64,000 bases of DNA from a virus (Duplodnaviria > Caudoviricetes). The DNA lies in IMG/VR virus record IMGVR_UViG_3300010234_000007, positions 1 through 64,000 of that record; one strand, given 5' to 3'. Every line of letters starts with the position of its first letter. Position 1 is the first letter of the stretch. A program made the translations under genes and the position numbers. Under the pieces are notes generated by a model. It did no database searches and was not told the origin of the DNA. It saw only the letters and a program-made list of their open reading frames with translations. This document shows positions 7,276 to 17,121 of the stretch, piece by piece.

Positions 7276-7476
7276 ATGACCATCAAGACAATCGAAATCA
7301 CCTTCACCGACGATGAACTGCGATATCTCGAACGCGTGCTGAGGCGAGAAGCCAGCGCGATGGAGGGTAAGGCCCGCAGAACTGAGGACTGGCGGAAGGA
7401 ACGGTTCGACCGTGCCGCAAGCCGGGCCCGGTACATGGAGGAGCTGTTCCGGGATAAGTCTCGGGCCGCTCGCTAA
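7276..7476 (+). CDS. Early hypothetical helical protein
   Basis: AAGGA SD before MTIKTI. Confidence 0.7.
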   Translation: MTIKTIEITFTDDELRYLERVLRREASAMEGKARRTEDWRKERFDRAASRARYMEELFRDKSRAAR

Positions 7477-7488
7477 ACCAAAGGACAG

Positions 7489-7698
7489 ATGATGACCGTT
7501 GTTCATTTCGTCGGGTTCCGCGGGGAAGAGTATCGCTCCGCCGTTAAGGTCTGGGGCGAGCCCGATTTCGTTCACCACTGGAACGACCCCCGGTTCCGGT
7601 ATTCCGGTGAGGTTGGTGAGGCCGACACGGTTGTCTTTGCGAACGGCGCAGAGGCCCGGCCCACCGCCCACAGTTACGATGACAGCAGCCATTTTTAA
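7489..7698 (+). CDS. Conserved phage hypothetical protein (VHFVGFRGEEY..AVKVWGEPDFVH)
   Basis: AAGGA SD. Confidence 0.75.
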   Translation: MMTVVHFVGFRGEEYRSAVKVWGEPDFVHHWNDPRFRYSGEVGEADTVVFANGAEARPTAHSYDDSSHF

Positions 7699-7710
7699 GA
7701 GGAGAGACTA

Positions 7711-7992
7711 ATGAAAACCTGTGGAGACGCGCGAGCCCGGAAAAGAGAGCTTATCATAGAAGCTGAACGGGCACGTCAATATCGCCGGGCCATAGCAAGG
7801 TTGGTCTGGATGTGGCCGACTTCGCGTCCGGGGTTAGACGCGGTGATGCTGGTTGCCCATCTATTCGAAGTCGGTGTGATTGAGGTGCGGGATGACTGCG
7901 CGCATCTGAAGCAGCATCCCGACGATGTGCAGAGCATCCCATACCCAAAAGGAGAGACACATGTACCCCATCAAGATCAAGGCCAGCCCTAA
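7711..7992 (+). CDS. Early hypothetical protein
   Basis: GAGGAG SD. Confidence 0.55.
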   Translation: MKTCGDARARKRELIIEAERARQYRRAIARLVWMWPTSRPGLDAVMLVAHLFEVGVIEVRDDCAHLKQHPDDVQSIPYPKGETHVPHQDQGQP

Positions 7993-8311
7993 GTTCATCG
8001 AAGAACTGTTCTATTGTGAGTATGGTCGCTTCGAGGATGCCCGTGGGGCCCGCGAAAGTGGCGATGAAGAGCTGGTGAAGCTCAACAACTATGAGCTGGT
8101 CTTCTGCGACTTCGGTGACCGGCACAAAACGCTGATCGAAATGCGCGACGATGCCGAGCTGTGCGAGGCGTACTACGCCGCCGCATCAGGCACAATTGGT
8201 GTGCGTGGGTTCAACGTCTCAGCCAACCGCTTCCTTGACAAGATCAGGGACCGGGTCGAGAAGATCGATCCTGACCTCGTGAAGCGCTGGCCCAACCAGA
8301 ACGGTTACTAG
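7961..8311 (+). CDS. Early hypothetical protein
   Basis: AAGGAG SD before MYPIKI. Confidence 0.75.
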   Translation: MYPIKIKASPKFIEELFYCEYGRFEDARGARESGDEELVKLNNYELVFCDFGDRHKTLIEMRDDAELCEAYYAAASGTIGVRGFNVSANRFLDKIRDRVEKIDPDLVKRWPNQNGY

Positions 8312-8351
8312 CAGGCAGAACTACGGTCATCAAACGCATCAGGAGGCTCAC

Positions 8352-8915
8352 ATGCCCTATACATACAGACTGGTCCGCGACACGGACCCAGAGAACCCGC
8401 GCGTGGCGCACGATAATCTCGGCACCATCGCTTACTCGCCCACAGCCCGGTACTTCTCGGAAGTATTCCACGTCATGGATGACGCACCGGGAGACTGCCC
8501 CATGGGGGACGGCTGTCTGGTAGACACAGTTTACCTGCACGTGTTCGAATACGGCTCGTGCGACCTTTTCGCCATTTCGCCCGACGACCTCGCCGACAAC
8601 AGGCGCGCCCGCTTCCTTGGCGTGGTCTACGTCACAAAGGACGCCATCCGCCGTGAGTACGGATGGAAGCGGATCACCAGCAAACGCCGCGATCAGGTCG
8701 AGCAGCTTCTGAGCGCCGAGGTCGAGGAGTTCTCGCAGTACCTCTCAGGCGATGTCTGGGGGTACGAAATCTTGGATGCCTCGGGCGATGTCGATGACAG
8801 CTGCTGGGGTTTCTTTGGCAGGGAATATGCCGAGGATATGGCCCAGATGGAATGCGACGCAGCAAACCGCAATCTGGTCGATGAACTGGCCGCATCGTTC
8901 GCGATGGCCTCATAA
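8352..8915 (+). CDS. Conserved phage early protein (YLSGDVWGY...DSCWGFFG)
   Basis: AGGAGG SD; motif common in phage early regions, function unknown. Confidence 0.8.
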   Translation: MPYTYRLVRDTDPENPRVAHDNLGTIAYSPTARYFSEVFHVMDDAPGDCPMGDGCLVDTVYLHVFEYGSCDLFAISPDDLADNRRARFLGVVYVTKDAIRREYGWKRITSKRRDQVEQLLSAEVEEFSQYLSGDVWGYEILDASGDVDDSCWGFFGREYAEDMAQMECDAANRNLVDELAASFAMAS

Positions 8916-8925
8916 GGAGAGACCC

Positions 8926-9375
8926 ATGCTTTTTGGACAAGACACCCGCACACCCATGTATGAGAGCTTCCGGTTTATCGACAACATGAAGGAAGGAACG
9001 AAGCCCAGAAAAATCGCCAACAACACCTATGAGTATACGGACGTGATGGGCTACCGGCATATCCGCCTGCACCAGACTAATGTTGTCACTTTCCTGCCGG
9101 ATGAGCCGCACCTCTGTGAGATCAATTTCGGCGATTACTACACCAAAACCACTCGCGCACGTATCTGGGACCATGCTAAGGTGCAATGCTTCCAGAAAAA
9201 GGGCACTGTGTACGTCGTCACACCTCATGGCCCGGTCGAGTATCATGAGCATATGCTCGTGGACAGCCGCACCGGTATACCAGTGAAGGTTACGAACCGC
9301 GTAGCGCAGGCAAAGCGGGAGGCTGATGTGATGTTAAAACATCGCGCAGCCCTGCTCGCTCTACAAACCCCCTAG
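8926..9375 (+). CDS. Conserved phage early protein (IRLHQTNVV...YTKTTRARI)
   Basis: AAGGAG SD before MLFGQD. Confidence 0.75.
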   Translation: MLFGQDTRTPMYESFRFIDNMKEGTKPRKIANNTYEYTDVMGYRHIRLHQTNVVTFLPDEPHLCEINFGDYYTKTTRARIWDHAKVQCFQKKGTVYVVTPHGPVEYHEHMLVDSRTGIPVKVTNRVAQAKREADVMLKHRAALLALQTP

Positions 9376-9588
9376 GATGCTGTGTAAGCTTCGATCATCG
9401 CGGATACGGACCAACCCCTGAGAGGGGCCGATACCACTAGCGCAGAAGCATCAGCATCACCCCAGCCCAACTGTACGATGAGCAGCTGCCGCCAACGAGA
9501 TAGGAATACCTCATGCTCTAGCGTTACCCCCGGGACAACAATGCGGTGATCCGGCACCGCACCCCCCCCTAACACAAGGACAAGACTG

Positions 9589-9861
9589 ATGGAAAATAGC
9601 ATCTTTTACCCAGCCAAACAGTACGGCAGCAAGTTGTTCCTGACCTTCAGGGGCGATGAAACAGCTGCAGGAGACCGACTGAAGCTCGCCGCCCGCCGCG
9701 ACGGGTACTGGCCCGCGTATTCCCGACACGGGAACTACTATTCGATCATGGAACGGATGCGGGCATGCGGCCTCGTCGAGGTCAGGCATACTGGCCCCCG
9801 AGGTGGCCGACGTTTCCATGCGACGAGGAAGGGCCGTTACTGGCTCAAGAAATACGCATAA
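9589..9861 (+). CDS. Early hypothetical protein, possible winged helix
   Basis: ORF track; AAGGA upstream. Confidence 0.65.
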   Translation: MENSIFYPAKQYGSKLFLTFRGDETAAGDRLKLAARRDGYWPAYSRHGNYYSIMERMRACGLVEVRHTGPRGGRRFHATRKGRYWLKKYA

Positions 9862-9878
9862 ACCGGAGGAGAACGAAC

Positions 9879-10040
9879 ATGATCTTCAACGTCTGGATTG
9901 TAGAGAACGGCAAAAAGATGCGCGTGTACAGCGGGCCCAACATTGCCGCCGCTGAGAAGATTTTTCTCAACCACGCCGCCGTCGCGCGGCCTTACCGAGA
10001 GGTGATCTTTACCACACAGCCTAAGGAGGCATGGGCATGA
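9879..10040 (+). CDS. Early hypothetical protein
   Basis: GGAGG SD before MIFNVW. Confidence 0.65.
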   Translation: MIFNVWIVENGKKMRVYSGPNIAAAEKIFLNHAAVARPYREVIFTTQPKEAWA

Positions 10041-10195
10041 TGACCGTTGTGCTCCTCGTTCACGGCGATCATAGCCTAGCGTGGCATCCTGCCGCGCCGG
10101 GTGTGGCCGCTCACTACACCATCACCAGCCCCAGCGGCACTACACACTACAGCAATGGTGTGGAGGCCGCGCAGGCGTTCAAAAAACTGAATTGA
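10037..10195 (+). CDS. 52-aa hypothetical protein (MMTVVLLVHGDHSLAWHP...)
   Basis: Hand translation; ATGA overlap; AAGGAGG upstream. Confidence 0.55.
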   Translation: MMTVVLLVHGDHSLAWHPAAPGVAAHYTITSPSGTTHYSNGVEAAQAFKKLN

Positions 10196-10220
10196 CAGAC
10201 TAACATTCGTTCAGTATTCT
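10192..10220 (+). promoter_or_regulatory. sigma70-type promoter TTGACA-N17-TATTCT
   Basis: Near-consensus; directly upstream of the AAA operon. Confidence 0.8.
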
Positions 10221-10247
10221 ACTCACCCACACTCACTGGAGAACATC

Positions 10248-11327
10248 ATGAAAGCGGCAGCATCTCTTTCCCTGCAACAGGCGCAGGACGTAATCGCCTG
10301 TATGTTCAATGCCCATCAGGCCTACATGGATCAGCACGGCAACCCGCCGAAAGATCAGGCCACGGCCTACCTCGTCGGCGAGCCCGGCGTGGGCAAAACC
10401 TCCATCCTCCGGCAGCTGGCAAAGCAGCTGGAAGAGACCCATAAGCAGCCCATCGCCATCATGGACCTGCGTCTGGCCACCGTTGAGCCGGTGGACCTGC
10501 GTGGCATCCTCGTGCCTAATGAAACGACCCGGACGGCGGAATGGTACCCGCCTTCGAACCTGCCAAACGAAGAAGCCCATGGCGTCATGGGCATCCTGTT
10601 TGTGGATGAGCTGAACAAGACCATCCCCATGAACCTCAATGCCATCGCTAACCTCCTGTATGACCGGGAGATCGGCGAATACAAGCTGCCTGACCGCTGG
10701 ATGGTTGTCGCCGCTGGCAATAACATGTCCGACAAGGCAGGCGACATGAAGCTTCCGACGCATCTGGCCAACCGCCTGATGCAGATCGGCGTGAAGCCGG
10801 ATGTCAAGGAATGGCTGAAGTGGGCCGAGAAGGCCGACATTCACCCGGCGGTGCGCTTCTACATCGAGAAGGTTCCTGCGATGTTGCAGGCCTTCGACAG
10901 CAAGGCGACGGCCAGCCCGACCTGCCGGTCGTGGCAGTTCGTTTCGGACATCATGCACATGAAGTTCGAAGAGGCCTCCGAGCGCGTCGCCATCGCAGGC
11001 GCTGTAGGCCCGGAAGCGATGACGGGCTTCATGTCCTCACTGCGTCAGGCGCTGAATATCCCGATGTATGCGGATATCATCAACGCACCGAAAAAGTGCA
11101 GCATCCCCAAGGAGGAAAGCGAGCGCTTCGCTACCGCCAAAATGATGGGGGAGTACGTCCGAGATGACGCGCTGGAGGACTGCCTGACGTATCTGGAGCG
11201 GATGAAGGCGAAGGAATATACGATGCACTTCCTTTCCGCGGCAATCGAAAAGTCGCCTGAGATCAGGAAGTCGGAGATTTTCCGGGACTACATCGCGAAG
11301 CACAACATCAACGCTCTGGACCTGTAG
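10248..11327 (+). CDS. MoxR-like AAA+ ATPase
   Basis: Walker A GEPGVGKT, Walker B LFVDE, VVAAGN sensor, LANR arginine finger. Confidence 0.9.
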   Translation: MKAAASLSLQQAQDVIACMFNAHQAYMDQHGNPPKDQATAYLVGEPGVGKTSILRQLAKQLEETHKQPIAIMDLRLATVEPVDLRGILVPNETTRTAEWYPPSNLPNEEAHGVMGILFVDELNKTIPMNLNAIANLLYDREIGEYKLPDRWMVVAAGNNMSDKAGDMKLPTHLANRLMQIGVKPDVKEWLKWAEKADIHPAVRFYIEKVPAMLQAFDSKATASPTCRSWQFVSDIMHMKFEEASERVAIAGAVGPEAMTGFMSSLRQALNIPMYADIINAPKKCSIPKEESERFATAKMMGEYVRDDALEDCLTYLERMKAKEYTMHFLSAAIEKSPEIRKSEIFRDYIAKHNINALDL

Positions 11328-11336
11328 GCCAGACTA

Positions 11337-11362
11337 CGGGGGGAGGCGTCCGCCTTCCCCCG
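11337..11362 (+). terminator. GC-rich intergenic hairpin, possible terminator or mRNA stabiliser
   Basis: GGGGGAGGCG-TC-CGCCTTCCCC inverted repeat; weak U-tract. Confidence 0.35.
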
Positions 11363-11384
11363 CCTCTTTCTGAAAGGAAACACT

Positions 11385-12269
11385 ATGTCTATCCATGAAA
11401 ACTGCCTGCTCGTATCTCTTCACGTGAAGAGCTGGGGCGGGAAACGCACCGACCGCAAGGTCACCAAAACAGTCCATGAGGAGGCCAACGCCCAGCACAA
11501 AGCGGGCGTCTACGTGAAGAACCTCGTGGACCCCAAGACGAGCGGCCTGTTCGCCGTGCAGGAGATCGCCGCTGCCTCCCGGGCGTGGCATTACGCACAC
11601 ACCGCTCCGTGGGGCGAGCGCGGTGGTGACCGTATTGTGACCATCGCAGGGATCAATGCATGGGCAAAGAATATGCGTGGCTTCCGCGACCAGCATCAAT
11701 CTGCGGTTGAAAATTTCCTCAACAAGTACCCCGACGCTATGGCCGAGGCTGAGGTCTGGCTGGGTAAGTTGCACAGTAAGGCCGACTACCCGACCATCGC
11801 TGACCTGACGGCCCGGTTCGCCCTGCACGCTGACTACAAGCCGGTGCCCCACGGGGATGATTTCCGCGCTGACCTGCCGACCGCAGAGCGTGAGGCCATC
11901 ATCGCAACGGTGGAGGAGGCCAATATCCGGCGCATCAAGGACGCCATGGATGACACGCTCGACCGCGTCGCGACCCAGTTGGAGCATGTGACTGAGCGCC
12001 TGCGTGCGTTCCAGATCACTGGTCCGGGCTCGCGCAACAAGGGCGTGTTTCATGACACTCTCGTGTCGAACACCTACAACATGCTGCAGGCTGTTGAAGC
12101 GCTGAACATCACGGGCGACGCTGAGCTGACCCGCCGCGTGTCTGACATGCAGTGGGTGATGCGGGGTATTTCTGCCCAGAACCTGCGTGAAGATCAGGCC
12201 ACACGTGACACCGTCGCCGCCCATGCGGCTAAACATGCCACCGCTATCCGTGAGCGGCTGGCAGCTTAG
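11385..12269 (+). CDS. DUF3150-like protein
   Basis: LLVSLHVKSWGGKRTD N-terminus; position between MoxR AAA and VWA genes; assignment from memory. Confidence 0.6.
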   Translation: MSIHENCLLVSLHVKSWGGKRTDRKVTKTVHEEANAQHKAGVYVKNLVDPKTSGLFAVQEIAAASRAWHYAHTAPWGERGGDRIVTIAGINAWAKNMRGFRDQHQSAVENFLNKYPDAMAEAEVWLGKLHSKADYPTIADLTARFALHADYKPVPHGDDFRADLPTAEREAIIATVEEANIRRIKDAMDDTLDRVATQLEHVTERLRAFQITGPGSRNKGVFHDTLVSNTYNMLQAVEALNITGDAELTRRVSDMQWVMRGISAQNLREDQATRDTVAAHAAKHATAIRERLAA

Positions 12270-12278
12270 GAGGTAAGT

Positions 12279-13625
12279 ATGTTCGATATCGACAAGCCGT
12301 TGACTGACGCCGAAATCCAACAGATGGCAACGCAGTACAACGAGATCGCCCAGCATCAGGAGATGCGGATCGATACTCTGGTGGAGGACCTCATCGACCG
12401 CGGTCCTTTCTACGCGTATCGCTACAAACGCCTGACGCAAGTCATGGCGACGTGGCTCCCGACCTGCGCGACGGACGGTAAGCACATGTTCTGGAACCCT
12501 TTTTTCATCTCGTCGCTGTCTGATGAGGAGATGCTGGGGGTGATGGTGCATGAGCTGCTGCACGTCGTCGGCCTGCACAATTTCCGCATGGGTCATCGTG
12601 ACCAGCAGAAATGGAACATCGCCTGCGACTATGCCATTAATGAGCTGGTCAAGGATGAGGGCTGGTCGCTTCCTTCTGCCGCGCTGCTTGCTCACCAGTT
12701 CTTCCAGAAATTCCCGGAAGAAATCTACGACCTACTGCCCGATAGCCCGGGTGGAGGTGGTGGTGAGGGTGAGCCGTCTGAAGGTGGCGGTGATGGCGAG
12801 CTGTCGAAGACGCAGCAAGACAACATGCGCCGTCTCGCTGAGGCGATGGGTCAGACTGACCCGCGCATGAAGGAGGCCATGGCGTCACCCATGCAGACCG
12901 GCACCATCCTGAAGCCGCGCAATGAGGACGGTGAGGTGATGTCTGGCCGTGAAATCGAGGCGGCTAAGCAGGAAGCCCAAATCGACAACGCTGAGGCGGA
13001 AGAGAAAGCCAAGTCAGCAGGCGACATGCCAGCAGGTGCCCAGCGGACAATCCGCGAGCTGTATGACAATCGAGTGAACTGGAAGCAGGTGCTCGACGAA
13101 TGGGTCCGGGATATCTTCGGGCGCAATGATTACACATGGGCGCAGCCAAACCGGCGCACGATCTGGCGGCGGATGTACATGCCGGGGTGGGAAGGAACGA
13201 AGACCGGCAAGATCGCCATCGCTGTCGATACCTCCGGCTCTATCTCGGTCGAAATGCTGGAGCAGTTCATGACTGAATTGCAATTCATAATTGATGAAGT
13301 GAATGCTGAAGATATTCACGTCATCTACTGTGATGCGCAGGTCAAGGGCGAAGATCACTTCGGCGAGCTGTCTGGGGTGAAGGATGTCTTAAGCCACGCC
13401 CGCATCTACGGCGGTGGTGGTACGGCATTCCAGCCGGTGTTCGACCACATCGATCAGCAGCTGGAGGACCCGGCGATCCTCATCTACTTCACTGACATGT
13501 ACGGCCCGATGCCACACAGTGAGCCGGAATACCCGGTGATCTGGGCGGCGTATGGCACGTCAGTGACCACGGCCCCATTCGGCACCTTCCTGCCGCTGGA
13601 TGGGGATAGTGAATACCATGGATGA
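12279..13625 (+). CDS. DUF2201-like metallopeptidase (HELLH) fused to VWA domain (DTSGS MIDAS)
   Basis: TCATDG, HELLH, NIACDYAIN, DTSGS, GGGGTAF, YFTD motifs. Confidence 0.9.
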   Translation: MFDIDKPLTDAEIQQMATQYNEIAQHQEMRIDTLVEDLIDRGPFYAYRYKRLTQVMATWLPTCATDGKHMFWNPFFISSLSDEEMLGVMVHELLHVVGLHNFRMGHRDQQKWNIACDYAINELVKDEGWSLPSAALLAHQFFQKFPEEIYDLLPDSPGGGGGEGEPSEGGGDGELSKTQQDNMRRLAEAMGQTDPRMKEAMASPMQTGTILKPRNEDGEVMSGREIEAAKQEAQIDNAEAEEKAKSAGDMPAGAQRTIRELYDNRVNWKQVLDEWVRDIFGRNDYTWAQPNRRTIWRRMYMPGWEGTKTGKIAIAVDTSGSISVEMLEQFMTELQFIIDEVNAEDIHVIYCDAQVKGEDHFGELSGVKDVLSHARIYGGGGTAFQPVFDHIDQQLEDPAILIYFTDMYGPMPHSEPEYPVIWAAYGTSVTTAPFGTFLPLDGDSEYHG

Positions 13626-13908
13626 CTGGCGGATAGTCGTCCGCCGTTGGGAGGGTCAGGGGTGGTGTGTAGTTTTCGAGCTAGGCACCACCTCAGTTGA
13701 TCTATTCCGTGGCGTCCACCGGTCTAATGTGATGTGGATGGCCGGTGAGGTGGAGCGCGTAATGCAGGCCACCGTCCCCATACCATCGGGCTCAGCCGCG
13801 CGCCGCGTCGCTATGGCGGCGCACCGCAAGCTGCGAGAAATCAATCGGATCGCTGCCGCCCACTCCAATTTTCATACCCAGACCGCAAACAGCTCAGCAG
13901 CAGACTAG
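13618..13908 (+). CDS. Hypothetical protein
   Basis: Overlaps VWA stop; start MDDWRIVV. Confidence 0.5.
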   Translation: MDDWRIVVRRWEGQGWCVVFELGTTSVDLFRGVHRSNVMWMAGEVERVMQATVPIPSGSAARRVAMAAHRKLREINRIAAAHSNFHTQTANSSAAD

Positions 13909-14326
13909 GCTGGGTGATCTGATGGTCGTACAACAATAAGTTCAGCAGCGCGTCTTCAGCAGGCGCGCCCAGCTGTTCATTCACGTGCCCGAGCAGGTAG
14001 GCTACCCGGTACATAGCGGTGGCTTGCCTGTCGGACATGTGGGTTTGATGCGCCTGTGTGGTGCGGTTGGGGTTACTGCCCGGCACCCCCATCATCTGTG
14101 CTCTGAACAAGTCTCCGCGCAGCCGCTCCCCGGCGTCGAACTCCTCTTCAGTTATCTCGTCATCCAGAAACAGCTTATCCAACGCCGTTTGGTCGAGCAC
14201 CCGCGCTCGCCTTGCGCTGTTGCTCGCACGCTCCAGCCTGACAACCTGTCGGCTGTGTAGCTGGGCGGTGCCGAAATCTGCATCAGTCTTTGATGTAGAA
14301 GCCGCCTTCTTGCGTTTCTTCGCCAT
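13841..14326 (-). CDS. Helical hypothetical protein, possible late regulator (DUF6456-like)
   Basis: LDKLFLDDEIT...AGERLR pattern; follows primase-helicase; function speculative. Confidence 0.55.
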   Translation of the reverse strand: MAKKRKKAASTSKTDADFGTAQLHSRQVVRLERASNSARRARVLDQTALDKLFLDDEITEEEFDAGERLRGDLFRAQMMGVPGSNPNRTTQAHQTHMSDRQATAMYRVAYLLGHVNEQLGAPAEDALLNLLLYDHQITQPSLLLSCLRSGYENWSGRQRSD

Positions 14327-16013
14327 AGTCGAACCCCGGAGTATAGCAGCCGGTGGTCACGTCATAGTCATACAGCTTCATGCCCTTCTCCCCGATCCAT
14401 TTGAACCGGCACTTCCAGACATGGAACTCTGTTTGGTTCGCTGTGTTCCTGTGGACGGTGACACCGACATCAGTCTTATTGAACCAGTGAGCTGAACCTG
14501 CAACATCATAGCCCGTGGGGATTGGCGTCTTGCCGTTTTCCCGCAACAGCTTGGCGGGGTGCGCCACAAACCAGATATGCACATCATACGCACGTGCGAA
14601 AGCCCGGACTTTGTTGATCAGGTCTGAGATAGCGTCAGTCCCCGATACAGACCGGTCTATATCAATATAGTTAAATGGGTCCAAGATCAAGCCTTTAATG
14701 CCTGACCGCAGCACCGCCGCTTCCGCCTTGTCGAGGATGTTCTCTATGGTGTTGCCTTCGTTTGATGTGTCGATGAACTGGTAGTGCCTGTGCACCCATG
14801 CCAGCGCTGCCTCCGCCTCTTCTTTGCTCATTCTGCCATAGAGACGCTCGAAGAACGGCTTCTCAGTCTTCTTCTCCAAGAGCTTGCCGATATGCTCGAC
14901 CGGCGGGTTCTCGGCAGACCATACAGCTATACGCCAGCCATGGTGGATGCACATGTTCACGGTGATCTGGTCCAGCATCTCCGACTTACCCATGCCCGGA
15001 ATGCCTGTGATCAGGGTGATCTGTCCCGGTTGAACGGTGTAAATCTCCCCCATAGAGCCAAGCTCAGGGTCGAACCCGCGCTCGCGCCCGGTGTCATACA
15101 GCTCCATCACAGCGTCGGCGTAATGATTGGCGGCGTACAGGCCGTCCACCGGAAAAGGCTCAGCTGCATCGATGCAAGCTATGACCGTATTAGGCCCGTG
15201 GATATCGAGGGTGGCGTTCGCGTCCTTCTCTTCCCAGTTTACCTGAAAACACTTGGCTCTACCTAGCCGCCGTGCGATCTCATTAGTGAGCGCCTGTCCG
15301 GGCTCATCCATATCCAAACCCAGCAGGATACGCGGCGTCTGCTTCAGGTCCTCCTCAGCACGCCATAGGTACTCTATGTCGCTATCCGGGCCCACATTGG
15401 ACGCCCCAGCCGGGACAGACAGCACGTTAGGCCATCCCGCCTCAATGCAGGAGAGCGCGTCCATCTCCCCCTCGACGATCAGGATGGGCTGCTCTGGGTC
15501 GATATGTGAGATGTTCCAGAACGTCTTGGCGGTACCATCGTGGGCGAACAGCTTCTGCGTGATGGAGCGCCATTTCACGCCAACTGGCTTGTTTTTGTTT
15601 GGCAGGAAATACTGAAAGCCGATAGCCTCATCCTCACCATGACCCCGGAAGTACTGCGAGCGAGACACAATATCGCAGGCCTTTGCCGTCTCTGCGGTGA
15701 TCGCCCGGCTCTTCAGGTACGCGATGGCGTCATCACTCAGCGCGCTTTCGGGCGGCTGGATCGTCTTCAGGTCAGTGTTCTTGACAGTGTTCCTGTGCTT
15801 CTTAACGCCTGTGTGTTCGATGTATTCATTGCCCCGGTCGCCGCAGTGGTGGCAATACCAAACCGCGCCATGCTCATCGAGCGATAACCGCATGCAGGCC
15901 GCGTTTTGATTGACTTTTTTTCTGTCCGCGCTACAATTCGGGCACGGGAAACGTCCTTGCTGCCGCCCAGTGTTGGCGAGGCGTGAGGCTAATTGGAGGT
16001 GTTCTTCAGACAT
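14283..16013 (-). CDS. Primase-helicase (Zn finger + TOPRIM + SF4/DnaB-like helicase; T7 gp4/Twinkle type)
   Basis: CPNC..CHHC, IVEGEMDALS, GLDMDEPG, GIPGMGKS, ILDPFN, VAHPAK; start reassigned to MSEEHL. Confidence 0.92.
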   Translation of the reverse strand: MSEEHLQLASRLANTGRQQGRFPCPNCSADRKKVNQNAACMRLSLDEHGAVWYCHHCGDRGNEYIEHTGVKKHRNTVKNTDLKTIQPPESALSDDAIAYLKSRAITAETAKACDIVSRSQYFRGHGEDEAIGFQYFLPNKNKPVGVKWRSITQKLFAHDGTAKTFWNISHIDPEQPILIVEGEMDALSCIEAGWPNVLSVPAGASNVGPDSDIEYLWRAEEDLKQTPRILLGLDMDEPGQALTNEIARRLGRAKCFQVNWEEKDANATLDIHGPNTVIACIDAAEPFPVDGLYAANHYADAVMELYDTGRERGFDPELGSMGEIYTVQPGQITLITGIPGMGKSEMLDQITVNMCIHHGWRIAVWSAENPPVEHIGKLLEKKTEKPFFERLYGRMSKEEAEAALAWVHRHYQFIDTSNEGNTIENILDKAEAAVLRSGIKGLILDPFNYIDIDRSVSGTDAISDLINKVRAFARAYDVHIWFVAHPAKLLRENGKTPIPTGYDVAGSAHWFNKTDVGVTVHRNTANQTEFHVWKCRFKWIGEKGMKLYDYDVTTGCYTPGFDYGEETQEGGFYIKD

Positions 16014-16086
16014 GGGACCTACAGATTGGGGTAATAAAAATCCCTTCCGGGAAGGGACGGGATCGTATAACGCTTCCGCCGGGGAT

Positions 16087-16392
16087 ATGCAAGAGCTTGA
16101 TCGGCTGAAGCAAGCGTATGAGGCAAGCCAGCGAGACGCGCAGATGGAGGCTGCAGTGCGACGGTATAGGAGTGCCATCAACGGTTCGCAATCACCTGAT
16201 ACCAGTGGTACTGAAAGGCGCGAGGTAGAGTTGCTGCAGAAAGTACTCGGCGAATTTCGGACAAATCTCAACGATCTAAGAATAGAAGTAGCCCAGCTGA
16301 AAAATGAAGTGAAGCAGCTGAAAGCTAAGGCACATGGAAACGATATCGCCGACATGGCGATGGCATTACAGGGAGGTCGAGATGGAGAATGA
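16087..16392 (+). CDS. Coiled-coil hypothetical protein
   Basis: GGGGA upstream of MQELDR. Confidence 0.6.
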   Translation: MQELDRLKQAYEASQRDAQMEAAVRRYRSAINGSQSPDTSGTERREVELLQKVLGEFRTNLNDLRIEVAQLKNEVKQLKAKAHGNDIADMAMALQGGRDGE

Positions 16393-16624
16393 TTGGGACG
16401 TTATGTTATGGAAAGAAAGCGAATTGGCAAAGCAGGAGCGTGAGTTCGATCTGACGCCTGACATGTCAAAGCAGGAGCGTGAGTTTGTTGCGGCTGAGAT
16501 AGTAGAACAAGCTAAACGCAAGGCTCGCAGGCATCGTGCTGAAGAGGCTACACGCAAGAGGCTTCAGATAGCCAAAGAGGAAGGTGATGATCTTGGTAAT
16601 CTAATCATCGCATTGAGGGGCTGA
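16382..16624 (+). CDS. Hypothetical protein
   Basis: GGGAGG SD. Confidence 0.7.
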   Translation: MENDWDVMLWKESELAKQEREFDLTPDMSKQEREFVAAEIVEQAKRKARRHRAEEATRKRLQIAKEEGDDLGNLIIALRG

Positions 16625-16625
16625 A

Positions 16626-17003
16626 ATGGAATATGTCGTGTGGTCAGTTGGCTTCGGGTTTCTGCTCGCAGCTTGGTATTTCCTACGGACAGGCCTTGAG
16701 CGTGAGAAGCGTTTCGAGGAACGTCGCCGTAAGTTTCTACAAGATCGTATCGGTATGCAAAAGACTGAGTACTACATCCGTACGTGGGAGCCAGCCTACG
16801 AAGAGATGATGGAGCTGGTGCGCTTGGGTGAGGCCGCGAAGAAAAAGACTGACGAGCAGGCCGTGAAGGACATGGCTGATATCATAGCTGCGCTTGCTGT
16901 AGCGCATCAAGGGCTGCAAGGAGGTGCTTCTGCCTCTTCACTGGCTCCACCTCTCTCAGAAGCTTACGTAGCAGCTCGAAAAAAGCATCCGCTTCCAGAT
17001 TAA
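16626..17003 (+). CDS. Hypothetical protein with N-terminal TM helix
   Basis: VVWSVGFGFLLAAWYFL. Confidence 0.65.
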   Translation: MEYVVWSVGFGFLLAAWYFLRTGLEREKRFEERRRKFLQDRIGMQKTEYYIRTWEPAYEEMMELVRLGEAAKKKTDEQAVKDMADIIAALAVAHQGLQGGASASSLAPPLSEAYVAARKKHPLPD

Positions 17004-17121
17004 TCGCCTCGGCGGCGTCTTGAAAGGCTTGGTCTTCGAACCAGCTCATTGCCTCACGGACCAGCTGTTCATTCGTCCCAGCTAAATCTTTCGTTGCCTG
17101 CAAGATAATAGCCCGGATCAT
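16882..17121 (-). CDS. Hypothetical protein (MIRAIILQATKDL...WF)
   Basis: Motif common in phages; overlaps both neighbours. Confidence 0.55.
   Translation of the reverse strand: MIRAIILQATKDLAGTNEQLVREAMSWFEDQAFQDAAEAINLEADAFFELLRKLLREVEPVKRQKHLLAALDALQQAQL

Noticed and set aside
5472-13358. Long antisense ORFs (e.g. 5857..6600, 10233..10958, 11334..12695, 19561..20373, 42943..44106)
   Set aside because: Shadow frames of GC3-rich genuine genes on the opposite strand; no SDs or motifs.
16011-16014. Divergent genes sharing a CATG start
   Set aside because: The plus-strand gene more plausibly starts at 16087 behind a purine-rich SD.
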